From Actinomycetota bacterium (lineage in GTDB: Bacteria; Actinomycetota; Actinomycetes; Actinomycetales; Microbacteriaceae), in assembly GCA_041179605.1 (NCBI GenBank), contig JBEGTE010000001.1, positions 1 to 47,227 of the forward strand: DNA of 47,227 bases. The letters are read 5' to 3'. The notes under the pieces are model-generated. The model was not told where the DNA came from, did not search any database, and saw nothing but the letters and a program-made list of their open reading frames with translations. The position numbers and the translations under genes are program-made. This document shows, piece by piece, positions 10,066 to 20,537 of this stretch (its first letter is position 1; every line of letters starts with the position of its first letter).

Positions 10066-10611
10066 GTGACCGATTCGACGGAAAAGAACACCACCGGCAA
10101 GGGACACGCGACCCCGTCGCGCAAAGAGCGCGAGGCTGCCCGCAAGCGTCCTCTCGTGCCGGCTCGTTCAAAGCTGACGAAGGAAGAACGTCGCAAGCGC
10201 GGCGAACAGCGAATGGTTGCACGGGCCGGTCTCGAAGCGGGCGACGAACGTTACTTGCCAATTCGCGACAAGGGTCCTCAGAAGCGCATGGTCCGCGATA
10301 TCGTCGACGCACGATTCACGGTGGGCGAGTTCATGATCCCGCTGATGTTCGCGGTAATCATCGTCACCTTCCTCCCCGACTACAACTACTCGCAGACGCT
10401 ACAGTTCACCGTTCTCATCGCCCTGTACGGCTTCTTCCTCGTCGGACTCGTCGATGCGATGATCCTCGGACGCACGGTCACCAAGAAGCTTCAGGCGAAG
10501 TTTGGCGAGGTCGAAAAGGGTGTCAAGTGGTACGCCGGTGTGCGTGCATTCCAGTTCCGTCCGCTTCGCGTTCCCAAGCCTCGCGTCGCGCGCGGCGACG
10601 TCATCGAGTAA
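10066..10611 (+). CDS. DUF3043-family membrane protein
   Basis: GKGHATPSRKE...GDERYLP.RDKGP...RD.VD.R...R.PKP pattern, SD AAGGAG. Confidence 0.88.
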   Translation: MTDSTEKNTTGKGHATPSRKEREAARKRPLVPARSKLTKEERRKRGEQRMVARAGLEAGDERYLPIRDKGPQKRMVRDIVDARFTVGEFMIPLMFAVIIVTFLPDYNYSQTLQFTVLIALYGFFLVGLVDAMILGRTVTKKLQAKFGEVEKGVKWYAGVRAFQFRPLRVPKPRVARGDVIE

Positions 10612-11619
10612 CTAGCGCAATCCGCGCACAATGCGCGACGCCCAGAACGGTCCCTCATAGAGGAACGCGGTGTACCCCTGCACCAGGGTCGCGCCGGCGT
10701 CGAGTCGTTCGCGAAGGTCGGCGGTGGTGGTAACACCACCCACCGAAATCACACAGAAATCCGCGGGAACGATCGAGCGAAGGCGCCGGAGAACCTGAAT
10801 CGAGCGGGCGGCGACAGGCGGACCGGACAGCCCGCCAGCACCCATCGCCTCGACCTGAGCGGGTGAGGTTGTGAGTCCGTCACGCGACAGCGTCGTGTTC
10901 GTCGCGATGATTCCGTCGAGTCCGATGCGCAACGCCATCGCGGCAACGGCGTCGACGCCGTCATCCGTCAGGTCGGGGGCAATTTTGACGAGGACAGGCG
11001 TTTCCCCCGCCGCAGATTTGACTGCTGTCAGGAGCGGTTCAAGCTTGTCGATCTCTTGGAGTCCGCGAAGTCCTGGCGTGTTCGGCGAGGACACGTTCAC
11101 TGCGAGATAATCGGCCAGCGGCGCGAGCGTCCGTGTCGATTCGAGATAGTCGTCAATCGCGTCGTCGACCTCGACAACACGGCTCTTACCGATGTTGACT
11201 CCGACGATCGGACCACCGCGGCGAACGAGACGTGGACGAACCGCGGTCGCGCCATCGTTGTTGAACCCCATCCGATTGATGAGCGCCTTGTCGGCGATGA
11301 GGCGGAACAAACGAGGACGGTCGTTTCCGGACTGCGCCTTGGCGGTCACCGTCCCGACCTCGACATGACTGAAGCCCAGCCCCCACAGAATCTGGTACAC
11401 ACGCGCGTTCTTGTCGAACCCCGCCGCGAGCCCGAATGGAGACTCGAACGTCAAACCGAGTGTGTGGACTGCACGCGATCGGGACGGGCGGGTGACGAGT
11501 CGAAGCACGCGCGTCGCACCGAGCGATTGGCCGATGCGGAGGAGCGCGACGACGAACTCGTGAGCATGTTCGGGGTCCATGCGTGCAAACACGAGCCGAA
11601 AAATCGCCCGATAGATCAC
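10612..11619 (-). CDS. pyrD: Quinone-dependent dihydroorotate dehydrogenase
   Basis: [33 protein letters not shown] and GGLSG motifs. Confidence 0.97.
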   Translation of the reverse strand: MIYRAIFRLVFARMDPEHAHEFVVALLRIGQSLGATRVLRLVTRPSRSRAVHTLGLTFESPFGLAAGFDKNARVYQILWGLGFSHVEVGTVTAKAQSGNDRPRLFRLIADKALINRMGFNNDGATAVRPRLVRRGGPIVGVNIGKSRVVEVDDAIDDYLESTRTLAPLADYLAVNVSSPNTPGLRGLQEIDKLEPLLTAVKSAAGETPVLVKIAPDLTDDGVDAVAAMALRIGLDGIIATNTTLSRDGLTTSPAQVEAMGAGGLSGPPVAARSIQVLRRLRSIVPADFCVISVGGVTTTADLRERLDAGATLVQGYTAFLYEGPFWASRIVRGLR

Positions 11620-12080
11620 GGCGCTTGAGTCTTTCCGCCGTCGTTGCGGAGCTCCTCGATAGCGCGATCGAAGTCGGCCAGGGATTCGAACGCCTTGTAC
11701 ACGCTGGCGAATCGCAGGTATGCGACGAGGTCAATCGTGCGCAACTCCGGAAGAATGGCGAGTCCGATTTCGTTCGCATCGATCTGGGAAACACCGGTCG
11801 CACGGACGTTTTCTTCGACGCGCTGCGCGAGTGACGCGAGTTCGGCATCGGTTACAGGGCGACCTTGGCACGCCTTGCGAACACCAGACACGATCTTTTC
11901 CCGCGAGAATGGCTCGACGACTCCGTTGCGCTTGATAACCGACAGGCTCGCGGTTTCGAGGGTTGAGAATCGACCGGCGCACGACGGGCACTCACGACGA
12001 CGACGAATCGAGAGGCCATCGTCCGAGGTACGAGAATCGATCACTCGACTGTCAGTGTGACGGCAGAACGGACAGAACAC
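11616..12080 (-). CDS. nrdR: Transcriptional repressor NrdR
   Basis: CPFC...RRRRECPSC Zn ribbon, ATP cone, YLRFASVY. Confidence 0.97.
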   Translation of the reverse strand: MFCPFCRHTDSRVIDSRTSDDGLSIRRRRECPSCAGRFSTLETASLSVIKRNGVVEPFSREKIVSGVRKACQGRPVTDAELASLAQRVEENVRATGVSQIDANEIGLAILPELRTIDLVAYLRFASVYKAFESLADFDRAIEELRNDGGKTQAP

Positions 12081-12084
12081 TCAA

Positions 12085-13392
12085 TCACCTCTCGAATCGT
12101 GCGGTCACGGCGTCTCCGTGAGCGGGCAGGTTCTCCGCCTGCGCGAACGTCACGACGTCGTCGGCAACGGCTCGCAGCGCCTCGCGCGAATACCGAACCG
12201 TCTGACGCGGGCGCAGGAAAGTGGCCGGGCCGAGGGCCGCCGCGTGACGCGCGTTGCCGTCGGTCGGAAGCACGTGGTTCGACCCCGCAAGGTAATCCCC
12301 CAACGACACGGGGGTTTCGGAACCGACAAAGATCGCCCCCGCGTTGCGAATTCGTGCGGCGATGATTTCCGCATTGCGCGTGTGAATTTCGAGGTGTTCG
12401 GGGGCGTACGCGTCCGAGACGCGAATCGCGTCGTCAATCGAGTCGACGATGATGATGCGGGACTGCTCCCCCATCAACGCGGCCGTGACGCGCTCGCGGT
12501 GACGGGTCGTCGTGACACGCGACGTGACCTTGGCACTGACCTGGGCGGCGAGTGCAACCGAGTCAGTCACGAGCACCGCGCTCGCCAGCTCGTCGTGTTC
12601 CGCTTGCGACACCAAATCTGCGGCGACGAGGTCGGGGCTGGCGGTGTTGTCGGCGATGACGAGGATTTCGGTCGGGCCGGCTTCAGAGTCGATACCAACG
12701 ACACCCGACACAACGCGCTTGGCTGCCGCGACGAAGGCGTTACCGGGGCCTGTAATGACGGACACGGGTTCGAGCCCCAGTTCGGGGACACCGTAGGCGA
12801 GAGCGCCGATTGCGCTCGCACCGCCCATCGCGTACACCTCGGTAATTCCCAGCATGTGGGCAACAGCGGCAATTGTCGGGTGAACCGAGAACCCGAATTC
12901 CTTCTGGCCAGGGCTGACGAGAGCGATCGACTCGACACCGGCCACCTGTGCCGCGATGACGTTCATGACAACGCTCGATGGATATACCGCCTTGCCGCCC
13001 GGCACATAGAGGCCGACGCGCTCGACGGGCACCCAGTGTTGTTCGACGAATGCGCCCGGCGCGATTTCGGTGATGGCGGGGACGGGAACCTGTGCGAGAG
13101 AACCTGCGCGGACTCGCGTGATGGCGTGTGAAATCGCAGCGCGCAGGTGTTCATCGAGGGAAGCGTCAGCGGCAGCCAAAATCATCTCGGGGACGCGAAT
13201 CGACTCGGCGTATCCTCCGTCGAAACGCATGGCGTGATCCTGCAAAGCCTCGAGTCCCCGCGCACGCACATCGGCGACGAGTTCCACCGCGACCGCGAGC
13301 GCATCAGTTTCGGCACGCGCTGCACGGGGAACGAGCGCCCGTGCCTGTGCGGCACTGAGCGGGCCGTGTGGCGCCGAAATCGTGGTCAACAT
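12085..13392 (-). CDS. hisD: Histidinol dehydrogenase
   Basis: GLYVPGG, GPGNAFV, ID.EAGPTE, QAEHD, PEHLE and DY.AGSNHVLPT motifs. Start at ATG 13392 (the 13497 extension overlaps the divergent gene). Confidence 0.96.
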   Translation of the reverse strand: MLTTISAPHGPLSAAQARALVPRAARAETDALAVAVELVADVRARGLEALQDHAMRFDGGYAESIRVPEMILAAADASLDEHLRAAISHAITRVRAGSLAQVPVPAITEIAPGAFVEQHWVPVERVGLYVPGGKAVYPSSVVMNVIAAQVAGVESIALVSPGQKEFGFSVHPTIAAVAHMLGITEVYAMGGASAIGALAYGVPELGLEPVSVITGPGNAFVAAAKRVVSGVVGIDSEAGPTEILVIADNTASPDLVAADLVSQAEHDELASAVLVTDSVALAAQVSAKVTSRVTTTRHRERVTAALMGEQSRIIIVDSIDDAIRVSDAYAPEHLEIHTRNAEIIAARIRNAGAIFVGSETPVSLGDYLAGSNHVLPTDGNARHAAALGPATFLRPRQTVRYSREALRAVADDVVTFAQAENLPAHGDAVTARFER

Positions 13393-13455
13393 CCCCTCAA
13401 TGCTACCGTTGTGACTAATCCGCCGACCGCTTGACCCGAGGAGTACAAGAAACAC

Positions 13456-13941
13456 ATGTCCCCTCAGGATGCATTCCTCGCGGCGTTCTCGCTTCACCCC
13501 GCCGGTGTCGCCGTTATCACCGCCAATTCCCCGTCGGGTGAGCCGGTCGGATTCACTGCAACGTCACTTGCGTCGTTTTCGGCAGAGCCTCCTCGCGCGT
13601 CGTTCAACATTGCCCAGCACGCATCGTCATATTCGGCCGTCACAATCGGTGCGCGCGTCCTGTTGCATTTCCTTGCCGGCCACCAGGTCGGCGTTGCGCG
13701 AATCATGGCGGGAGCGGCCGAGCATCGTTTCGACGGCAATCACTGGGCAACCGATGATCGCGGACTACCCCGCCTTAGCGGTGTCCGTGCCGTCCTCGAT
13801 GCACACGTCGTCGCAGTCACCGAGGTCGGTGCGAACGCTTCCGTCATCGTCGAAATCGATGGCGGAGACACCAACGTCGACTGCACTCCCCTCGTCTACG
13901 TCGAACGCCGCTATCACGCGGTCGGCGACATCGTCGACTAG
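13456..13941 (+). CDS. Flavin reductase-like FMN-binding protein
   Basis: F..HPAGVAVIT...G.TATS..S.S.EPP and PLVY..R.Y patterns, SD GAGGAG. Confidence 0.88.
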   Translation: MSPQDAFLAAFSLHPAGVAVITANSPSGEPVGFTATSLASFSAEPPRASFNIAQHASSYSAVTIGARVLLHFLAGHQVGVARIMAGAAEHRFDGNHWATDDRGLPRLSGVRAVLDAHVVAVTEVGANASVIVEIDGGDTNVDCTPLVYVERRYHAVGDIVD

Positions 13942-16900
13942 ACGAGCGCGTTCGGACCGAGCACTCGGCGAAGCTCGCCGTAAAGGGCTCCACTCACCGC
14001 TACTCGGTGAGGAAGCGTGAACACACGCACCGTGTCGGGGTGTCGCACTCGCAGCTCGACCTCCGAGTTCCCGGGGTGACGCTTGAGAATCTCGTCCAGT
14101 TCCGCGATGACGCTCGTCGTCGCGTGACTCGAGGGCAACTGGACCTTGACGAGAGTCACCTCGTTGACGTTGACGGTTTCCAGTTCGCGAATGTCCTGAG
14201 CCATCAAGGACACCGCGTTCTCGCGCAGTCGAATTCGCCCCGAGACCGCCACGACGGTGTCGTTGACAAGTTTGAGGCGCAGTTCCTCGTACGCACGGCC
14301 CAACACCGAAACCTGAATCGACCCCGACATGTCCTCGAGCACGGCCATCGCGAAGTGCTTGCCGGAGGTCCGCGCAACGCGCATCTCAACGTTGCGCAAC
14401 AGACCGGCGAAAGTCACCTGGTCACCTTCGTTCGCGCCAATGAGTTCGTATTCGGCGTCCGCGTCTTCACTGTCAGCCACCTTTGGCGACACCTGCAGGT
14501 CACTGACCAGAATGGTGGCCGCGCGCGTCAAGGCTGATTCCTGACCGTTGAGCGGGTGGTCGGACACGTAGAGACCGAGCATGTCACGTTCGAACTCGAG
14601 CTTGGTCTTGCGCGGCCATTCCGGACGTTCGGGGACAAGCACGACGGGTTCGTCGAACAACTCGCCGAAATCGAAACCGATATCGCCCTTGGACGCGTCC
14701 TTCTTGGTGCGCGTTGCGTCCTCGACCACCTTTTCGTGCACGTCCAACAGGGCACGGCGTGTGTGACCGAAACGATCAAACGCACCCGCCTTGATGAGTG
14801 CCTCGAGAGTTCGCTTCTGCAACGCTGGCAGCGGGACGCGGTCGAGGAAGTTTTGAAATGACTCGTACGGACCGTTCGCGTTGCGCTCCGAAACGATGTG
14901 ATCGACGACTCCTTCGCCGACGTTTTTGATCGACCCGAGGCCGAATCGCACGTCTTCCCCGACGGCGGCGAAGTACAAAACCGATTCATTGATATCCGGT
15001 GCGAGGACGCGAACGCCCATGCGCCTGGCCTCGACGAGGTAGCCGCCGAGCTTGTCGCGGTCGTCACCTACGCTGGTCAACAGTCCGGCGAGGAATTCGG
15101 CGGGATAGTGAGCCTTGAGATACGCCGTGAAGTACGCGACTACCCCGTAGGCGGCGGAGTGTGACTTGTTAAACGCGTAGTCCGAGAACGGAACAAGAAT
15201 CTCCCACAGAGTGTCTATGGCGCTCTTACTGAATCCGCGCTCGATCATCCCCTCCGAGAACGGGCCGAACTCCTTGTCGAGGACTTCCTTCTTCTTCTTT
15301 CCCATCGCGCGGCGCAAATTGTCTGCTTGTGCGAGCGAATAGCCGGCGACACGCTGAGCAATCTGCATGACCTGCTCTTGGTACACGATGAGACCGTAGG
15401 TGGGGTCGAGAATGTCACTGAGCGGCTCGGCGAGTTCCTTGTGGATGGGGGTGATCTGCTGCATCCCCTGCTTGCGCATGGCGTAGTTCGTGTGCGACTT
15501 CATCGCCATCGGGCCGGGGCGATACAACGCCAAAACCGCCGAGATGTCCTCGAATGAGTCGGGTTGCATCTGCTTGAGCAACTGACGCATGGGCGGCGAA
15601 TCCAACTGGAAGATTCCGAGCGTCTCGCCCGTCGACAGCAGTTCAAACACGGCCGGATCGTCATAGGTGAGGTCTTCGAGAACGACCGTCTCGCCCCTGT
15701 TGCGCTCGATGTTGATGAGGGCGTCATCGAGAATGTCAAGGTTTCGAAGACCCAAGAAGTCCATCTTGATGAGACCGAGCGACTCGCAGGTCGGATAGTC
15801 AAACTGGGTGATGATCTGGCCGTCGTTGGATCGCATCATGAGCGGCACGATGTCGGACAGCTTGGCGTCGGACATGATGACACCGGCGGCGTGGACACCG
15901 GTGTTGCGCTTGATGTTTTCAATTCCACGCGCGGTTTCGTAGACGATCTTCGCTTCGGGACTAGCCTCGACAACCTCACGGAACGGTGCGGCTTCCTTGA
16001 ATCGGGGGTTGTCCTTGTCGAACATGTCCGCCAGTGACATGTCGCGACCGAGCTGCATCGGCGGGACCGCCTTGGTCAGTCGGTCTCCGACCTCGTACGG
16101 GTAGCCGAGCACGCGAGCGGAGTCCTTGAGCGCCTGCTTCGCCTTGATGATGTTGTACGTCGCAATCTGGGCGACGTAATCCGAGCCGTACTTTTCCGTC
16201 ACGTACCGCTTGACGTCGTCACGACGTTTGGTGGAGAAGTCGATATCGAAGTCGGGCATCGACTCACGTTCCGGGTTGAGGAATCGTTCAAACAGAAGTC
16301 CGTGCTCGAGCGGCTCGAGGTCGGTGATTCGCATTGCGTACGCCGCGATCGAACCGGCTCCCGAACCACGTCCAGGGCCGACACGGATTCCGTTGTCGCG
16401 AGCCCACCCGATGAAGTCGGCAACGACGAGGTAATAGCCCGCGAACCCCTTCGTTGTAATGATCTCGATTTCGTAGGCCGCGCGCTCGCGAATCTCTGTC
16501 GACAAGTCTTTTCCGTATCGGAACTCCAGCCCCTCCCACACGGCACGTTCGAACGCCTTTTCCTCGGTGTCCGTCGACTCGACCGGGAAGTGTGGCATGT
16601 GGTTCGCGGTGGTGTCGAATGTGACTCCACACCGCTCCGCGATGAGGAGCGTGTTGTCCGCCGCCTCGGGGTGGTCGGGGAACAGTCGGCGCATCTCTGC
16701 CGCCGACTTGAGATAAAACTGGTCGGACTCGAACTTGAAGCGGTTCTCGTCCAACAGAGTCGTTCCGGACTGCACACACAGGAGCGCGGCGTGCGCGGTG
16801 TGATCGTCGTGGTTGACGTAGTGCAAGTCGTTCGTGAGGACAAGCGGCAGGTCGAGTTCGTGTGCCAGTCGCAAAACGTCCTTGATTGCACGACGTTCAA

Positions 16901-17480
16901 TCGGCAACCCATGATCCATAATTTCGATGAAATAGTTCTCTTTACCGAAAATGTCGCGCATGGTGGCGGCGACCTTTTTGGCCTCGTCGTACTGGCCCAT
17001 GCGGATTCGAGTCTGGATCTCGCCGCCGACACACCCGCTCGTCGCGATGAGTCCCTTCGCATTCGCGGCGAGGATGTCGAGGTCCATTCGAGGGTGGTGG
17101 TAAAAACCTTCGATGTACGAGGCCGACGACAGCGTGAAGAGGTTGTGCATCCCTTCGGTCGTCTCGCTGAGAAGCGTCAGGTGCGTATATGCACCACCAC
17201 CGGAGGTGTCGTCTTCTCCACCGTCGCCCCAGCGAATCGGACGCTTGTCGAGACGGCTTTCGGGAGCGAGATAGGCCTCGATACCGATGATCGGCTTAAT
17301 TCCGCGTTCGTTCGCCTTCTTCCAGAATTCAAACGCGCCGAACAGGGTTCCGTGGTCCGTCATCGCGATGGCCGGCATCCCCTGCGCAACGGCGGCGTCC
17401 AGGAGAGGGCCGATTCGAGCAGCACCGTCAAGCATGGAGTTATCTGTGTGAACGTGCAGGTGCACGAAACTGTCGCTCAT
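13938..17480 (-). CDS. dnaE: DNA polymerase III alpha subunit (DnaE1)
   Basis: PHP domain HLHVH...TDHG, GRGSGAGS, PDFDIDF, KMDFLGL, FNKSHS. SD AAGGAGG. No intein seen. Confidence 0.98.
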   Translation of the reverse strand: MSDSFVHLHVHTDNSMLDGAARIGPLLDAAVAQGMPAIAMTDHGTLFGAFEFWKKANERGIKPIIGIEAYLAPESRLDKRPIRWGDGGEDDTSGGGAYTHLTLLSETTEGMHNLFTLSSASYIEGFYHHPRMDLDILAANAKGLIATSGCVGGEIQTRIRMGQYDEAKKVAATMRDIFGKENYFIEIMDHGLPIERRAIKDVLRLAHELDLPLVLTNDLHYVNHDDHTAHAALLCVQSGTTLLDENRFKFESDQFYLKSAAEMRRLFPDHPEAADNTLLIAERCGVTFDTTANHMPHFPVESTDTEEKAFERAVWEGLEFRYGKDLSTEIRERAAYEIEIITTKGFAGYYLVVADFIGWARDNGIRVGPGRGSGAGSIAAYAMRITDLEPLEHGLLFERFLNPERESMPDFDIDFSTKRRDDVKRYVTEKYGSDYVAQIATYNIIKAKQALKDSARVLGYPYEVGDRLTKAVPPMQLGRDMSLADMFDKDNPRFKEAAPFREVVEASPEAKIVYETARGIENIKRNTGVHAAGVIMSDAKLSDIVPLMMRSNDGQIITQFDYPTCESLGLIKMDFLGLRNLDILDDALINIERNRGETVVLEDLTYDDPAVFELLSTGETLGIFQLDSPPMRQLLKQMQPDSFEDISAVLALYRPGPMAMKSHTNYAMRKQGMQQITPIHKELAEPLSDILDPTYGLIVYQEQVMQIAQRVAGYSLAQADNLRRAMGKKKKEVLDKEFGPFSEGMIERGFSKSAIDTLWEILVPFSDYAFNKSHSAAYGVVAYFTAYLKAHYPAEFLAGLLTSVGDDRDKLGGYLVEARRMGVRVLAPDINESVLYFAAVGEDVRFGLGSIKNVGEGVVDHIVSERNANGPYESFQNFLDRVPLPALQKRTLEALIKAGAFDRFGHTRRALLDVHEKVVEDATRTKKDASKGDIGFDFGELFDEPVVLVPERPEWPRKTKLEFERDMLGLYVSDHPLNGQESALTRAATILVSDLQVSPKVADSEDADAEYELIGANEGDQVTFAGLLRNVEMRVARTSGKHFAMAVLEDMSGSIQVSVLGRAYEELRLKLVNDTVVAVSGRIRLRENAVSLMAQDIRELETVNVNEVTLVKVQLPSSHATTSVIAELDEILKRHPGNSEVELRVRHPDTVRVFTLPHRVAVSGALYGELRRVLGPNALV

Positions 17481-17546
17481 AACCCCTCCTTCGACGTGCG
17501 CGGATACTCAGTTTAGGTCGGACCGTTGACGTGACCGTGAGGCGCG

Positions 17547-18470
17547 TCAGTGCGTCGCGAGAATTTCGAGTGCGTGACGCAAATCGTCGGGATACGGTGC
17601 CTCGAGTTCCATGTGTCGACCCGTCGTCGGGTGATCGAAACCGAGCCGCATCGCGTGCAACCACTGGCGTGTCAGTCCCAATCGCGCCGTCAGAGTCGGG
17701 TCAGCTCCATACAACTCGTCGCCAACAAGTGGGTGGCGGTGTGCCGACATGTGAACGCGAATCTGGTGTGTGCGACCGGTTTCCAGTTCAATCTCGACGA
17801 GGCTCGCTCCAGGGAACGCCTCGAGAGTCTCGTAGTGCGTGACCGAATGCCGTCCCTCAGCGGTTACCGCGAATTTCCACGACGAGCCGGGGTGGCGACC
17901 AATCGGTGCGTCAATTGTTCCTTCGGACGGATCAGGGTGCCCCTGAACCACGGCGTGATAGGTCTTGTGGATCTCGCGATCCTTGAATTTCCGTTTCATG
18001 ACCGAGTAGGCGATTTCGCTCTTGGCCACAATCATGAGACCGGACGTACCGACATCGAGTCGATGCACGATTCCCTGCCGTTCGGGTGGTCCGGACGTCG
18101 AGATTCGATACCCCGCACCCGCGAGTGCGCCGACGACGGTGTCGCCCTCCCACCCCAGGCTCGGGTGAGCGGCGAGAAATGGTGGCTTGTCGACGACAAC
18201 AATGTCGTCGTCGTCGTACACAATCGACATTTCGCTGATGACGACGGGGACGATTTCGGGTTCGCGCTTATCGTCCCAGGTAATGTCGACGGTTGAATCA
18301 ATTCCGGCTCGGTCGGACTTCCCCGCGGTCTTACCGTTGAGAGTCACGCCGCCGAGGTCGACGATTTCCGCTGCGAAACTACGAGACAAACCGAGAAGCC
18401 GTGACACCACCACATCGATACGTTCGCCGACAAGTCCGTCGGGGACAGTGAAACTGCGGTGGTGGCTCAC
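17547..18470 (-). CDS. RluA/RluD-family pseudouridine synthase
   Basis: S4-like N-terminus, [10 protein letters not shown] and GRTHQIRVH motifs. Confidence 0.95.
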   Translation of the reverse strand: MSHHRSFTVPDGLVGERIDVVVSRLLGLSRSFAAEIVDLGGVTLNGKTAGKSDRAGIDSTVDITWDDKREPEIVPVVISEMSIVYDDDDIVVVDKPPFLAAHPSLGWEGDTVVGALAGAGYRISTSGPPERQGIVHRLDVGTSGLMIVAKSEIAYSVMKRKFKDREIHKTYHAVVQGHPDPSEGTIDAPIGRHPGSSWKFAVTAEGRHSVTHYETLEAFPGASLVEIELETGRTHQIRVHMSAHRHPLVGDELYGADPTLTARLGLTRQWLHAMRLGFDHPTTGRHMELEAPYPDDLRHALEILATH

Positions 18471-18476
18471 CGCGAC

Positions 18477-19043
18477 CTAGAAGTTCTTGGCGGATTCCTG
18501 CCCGCTGGTGTTGAGGTCGTTGAGCTGCGTCTCGAGGTACTGCTTGAGGTGCGCGCGGTATTCCTTCTCGAACTGCTTGAGTTCATCAATCTTGCGTTCG
18601 ATACCGATTCGCTGCTGGTCGAGCTCGTTGATCTCATTGCGCTGGCGCAGTTCCGCTTCCGCGAGGATGCGCTGTGCTTGCGCCTTGCCCTCTTCGATGA
18701 TGCGCTCGCGCTCGTCGAGGCCTTCCTGAACGTGCTGGTCGTGCAACTTGCGTGCGAGTTGCAGGAGCTGACTCGACGTCGCCGAGTCGTTTTGGTCGGC
18801 GGACGCGGCGCTGGCAGTTGAAACTGGAGCGACTCCCGCATCGGCGGCGCGCTGCAACTCGGCGATGCGTCCCTGTGCGCCAACGAGCTTCTGCTTCAGA
18901 TCGTCATTTTCAGCTCGGACGGCGCGGAATTCCTTGACGATTTCATCGAGGAAGTCGTCGACGTCATCGGCGTCGTAGCCTTCGCTCAGTCGAGGCTTTG
19001 GTTTGAACTGCTTGTTGACAATGTCTTCAGCGGTGAGCGCCAT
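18477..19043 (-). CDS. divIVA: DivIVA/Wag31 polar growth protein
   Basis: MALTAEDIVNKQF...GY...VDDFLDE N-terminal domain plus coiled coil, SD AAAGGAG. Confidence 0.93.
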   Translation of the reverse strand: MALTAEDIVNKQFKPKPRLSEGYDADDVDDFLDEIVKEFRAVRAENDDLKQKLVGAQGRIAELQRAADAGVAPVSTASAASADQNDSATSSQLLQLARKLHDQHVQEGLDERERIIEEGKAQAQRILAEAELRQRNEINELDQQRIGIERKIDELKQFEKEYRAHLKQYLETQLNDLNTSGQESAKNF

Positions 19044-19093
19044 GCGCAATCACTCCTTTGGTTCCCACAGGATGAAACTGGTATTGGTCAAGA

Positions 19094-19372
19094 CTACCCG
19101 ACGAACGACTGCAGAATGTAGACGAAAATCAGCAGAATCGTCCACGAAAAGTCAATCGCCACTCCCCCGAGACGCACCGGTCTGACAAAACGACGAATGA
19201 ACTTGAGCGGCGGATCGGTGACGGTGTAGGTCAATTCCGCGAGAATCAGGACGACGCCGCGGGGGCGCCAGTCTGGTCGAAACTGTCGAACCCACTCGAG
19301 CACGAGTCGGCCCCACAGGATGATGACGTATAGCCACAGAGCCGTACCAAGTACGGCACTTACGATCGGCAC
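19094..19372 (-). CDS. YggT/YlmG-family membrane protein
   Basis: TDPPLK..RR...P.R.G...D.S motif, between sepF and divIVA. Confidence 0.92.
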   Translation of the reverse strand: MPIVSAVLGTALWLYVIILWGRLVLEWVRQFRPDWRPRGVVLILAELTYTVTDPPLKFIRRFVRPVRLGGVAIDFSWTILLIFVYILQSFVG

Positions 19373-19375
19373 GGT

Positions 19376-19834
19376 TTAGTCGAAGAGTTCGGCGTCGAGA
19401 TCTTCGTTCGACAATCCGTCGTTTGACTGGGTGTCGTCGTATTGCTCGATGCCAGCCGGGGTGAGCATGTATACCTTGCCGGACACGCGGGAAATCGTGC
19501 CGTCGAGTCCCTTGACGAGTCCCGAGAGGAAATCGATCATGCGACGGACTTCCGACTCAGCCATCTGACCGAGGTCGACGACGACAGGAGAACCGTCACG
19601 GAACGTGAACGCGATGCCTTCGGCGTCGGTTTGGTAGCGGCGGGGACGCAAGGTGTGGATGGTTGCGAAGTTGTTGTCCCGACCGCGGTAGCCGTTGTTC
19701 AGTCGAACGACGGGCTTTGCAGCGGGTGCAGGGCGGTGGCTTTCGGCGCGAGGGGCTGCGGCACGGGGTGCGGCAGCTCGCGGGGCGGCTCCGGCCTCGA
19801 CAATTCCAAAGAATTCGAGCGCTTTTCTGACCAT
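19376..19834 (-). CDS. sepF: Cell division protein SepF
   Basis: FRDG.PV...RRMIDF.SGL...G...RV...VYMLTP motif, synteny, SD AAGGAGG. Confidence 0.92.
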   Translation of the reverse strand: MVRKALEFFGIVEAGAAPRAAAPRAAAPRAESHRPAPAAKPVVRLNNGYRGRDNNFATIHTLRPRRYQTDAEGIAFTFRDGSPVVVDLGQMAESEVRRMIDFLSGLVKGLDGTISRVSGKVYMLTPAGIEQYDDTQSNDGLSNEDLDAELFD

Positions 19835-19862
19835 GATTTTCCTCCTTGAGGTTCGGTTCAGA

Positions 19863-20537
19863 TTAACGCGGGGCGGGCCTGTTTCCCGTGATTGACGTTC
19901 CGATGCGCAGGTGTGTCGCGCCGTGTTCCAGGGCCGCCTCCCAGTCGGCGCTCATTCCGGCGGAGATGTCGGTGGCTGTCGGATGGATGACCTGAAGCCG
20001 AGCGGAAGACTCTGCGACGCGCTCGAATGCACGAGCGGGTTCTTCGCCCAGGGGCGCAACCGCCATAACCCCGCGCAAATCGATGGTTTCGGTGCTGGCA
20101 ATGCGGTCGGCTAGTCGACGCATTTCGTCGTCGCCGATCACTCCCCCACGCCCCGGATCATCGGTGAGGTTCAGTTCGATGAAACCCTTGACGCGGCGCT
20201 CTGCGGTGGCGAGGGCATCGACCACGCTGTCGCGGTCGAGGGAGTGCAGAACGTCCGCATATTTCGCAATCGCACGTGCTTTGTTGGACTGAATTTGACC
20301 AACAAAATGCCAGGTGAGTTCTCGACCGTCGAGCGCGCCGGCCTTGACTGAGGCGTCTTGGTGCCGGCTCTCTCCGAAATCTCGAGCTCCCGCCTCAAGG
20401 AGTTCCTCGACCATCTCCACTGGGTGAAACTTCGTGACGACGATGAGGGTGACGTCGGCAGGATCTCTGTCTAGCCGGCGGCACTCCTCGTCAACGCGAG
20501 CGCGAACCGCGCGCCAGCGCGCGGCCGCGTCACTCAT
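19863..20537 (-). CDS. yggS: YggS-family PLP-binding protein
   Basis: [24 protein letters not shown] and RIGT motifs. ATGA overlap with ftsZ. Confidence 0.95.
   Translation of the reverse strand: MSDAAARWRAVRARVDEECRRLDRDPADVTLIVVTKFHPVEMVEELLEAGARDFGESRHQDASVKAGALDGRELTWHFVGQIQSNKARAIAKYADVLHSLDRDSVVDALATAERRVKGFIELNLTDDPGRGGVIGDDEMRRLADRIASTETIDLRGVMAVAPLGEEPARAFERVAESSARLQVIHPTATDISAGMSADWEAALEHGATHLRIGTSITGNRPAPR

Noticed and set aside
10612-13392. hisD separated from the his operon and linked to nrdR
   Set aside because: As I recall this is the usual arrangement in Micrococcales, so not novel.
13938-17480. Intein or split in dnaE
   Set aside because: 1180 aa is normal length and no intein terminal or LAGLIDADG motifs were seen.
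19745-19792. AAAPR tandem repeat in SepF
   Set aside because: Low-complexity linker with diverged codons; the SepF linker is normally variable.
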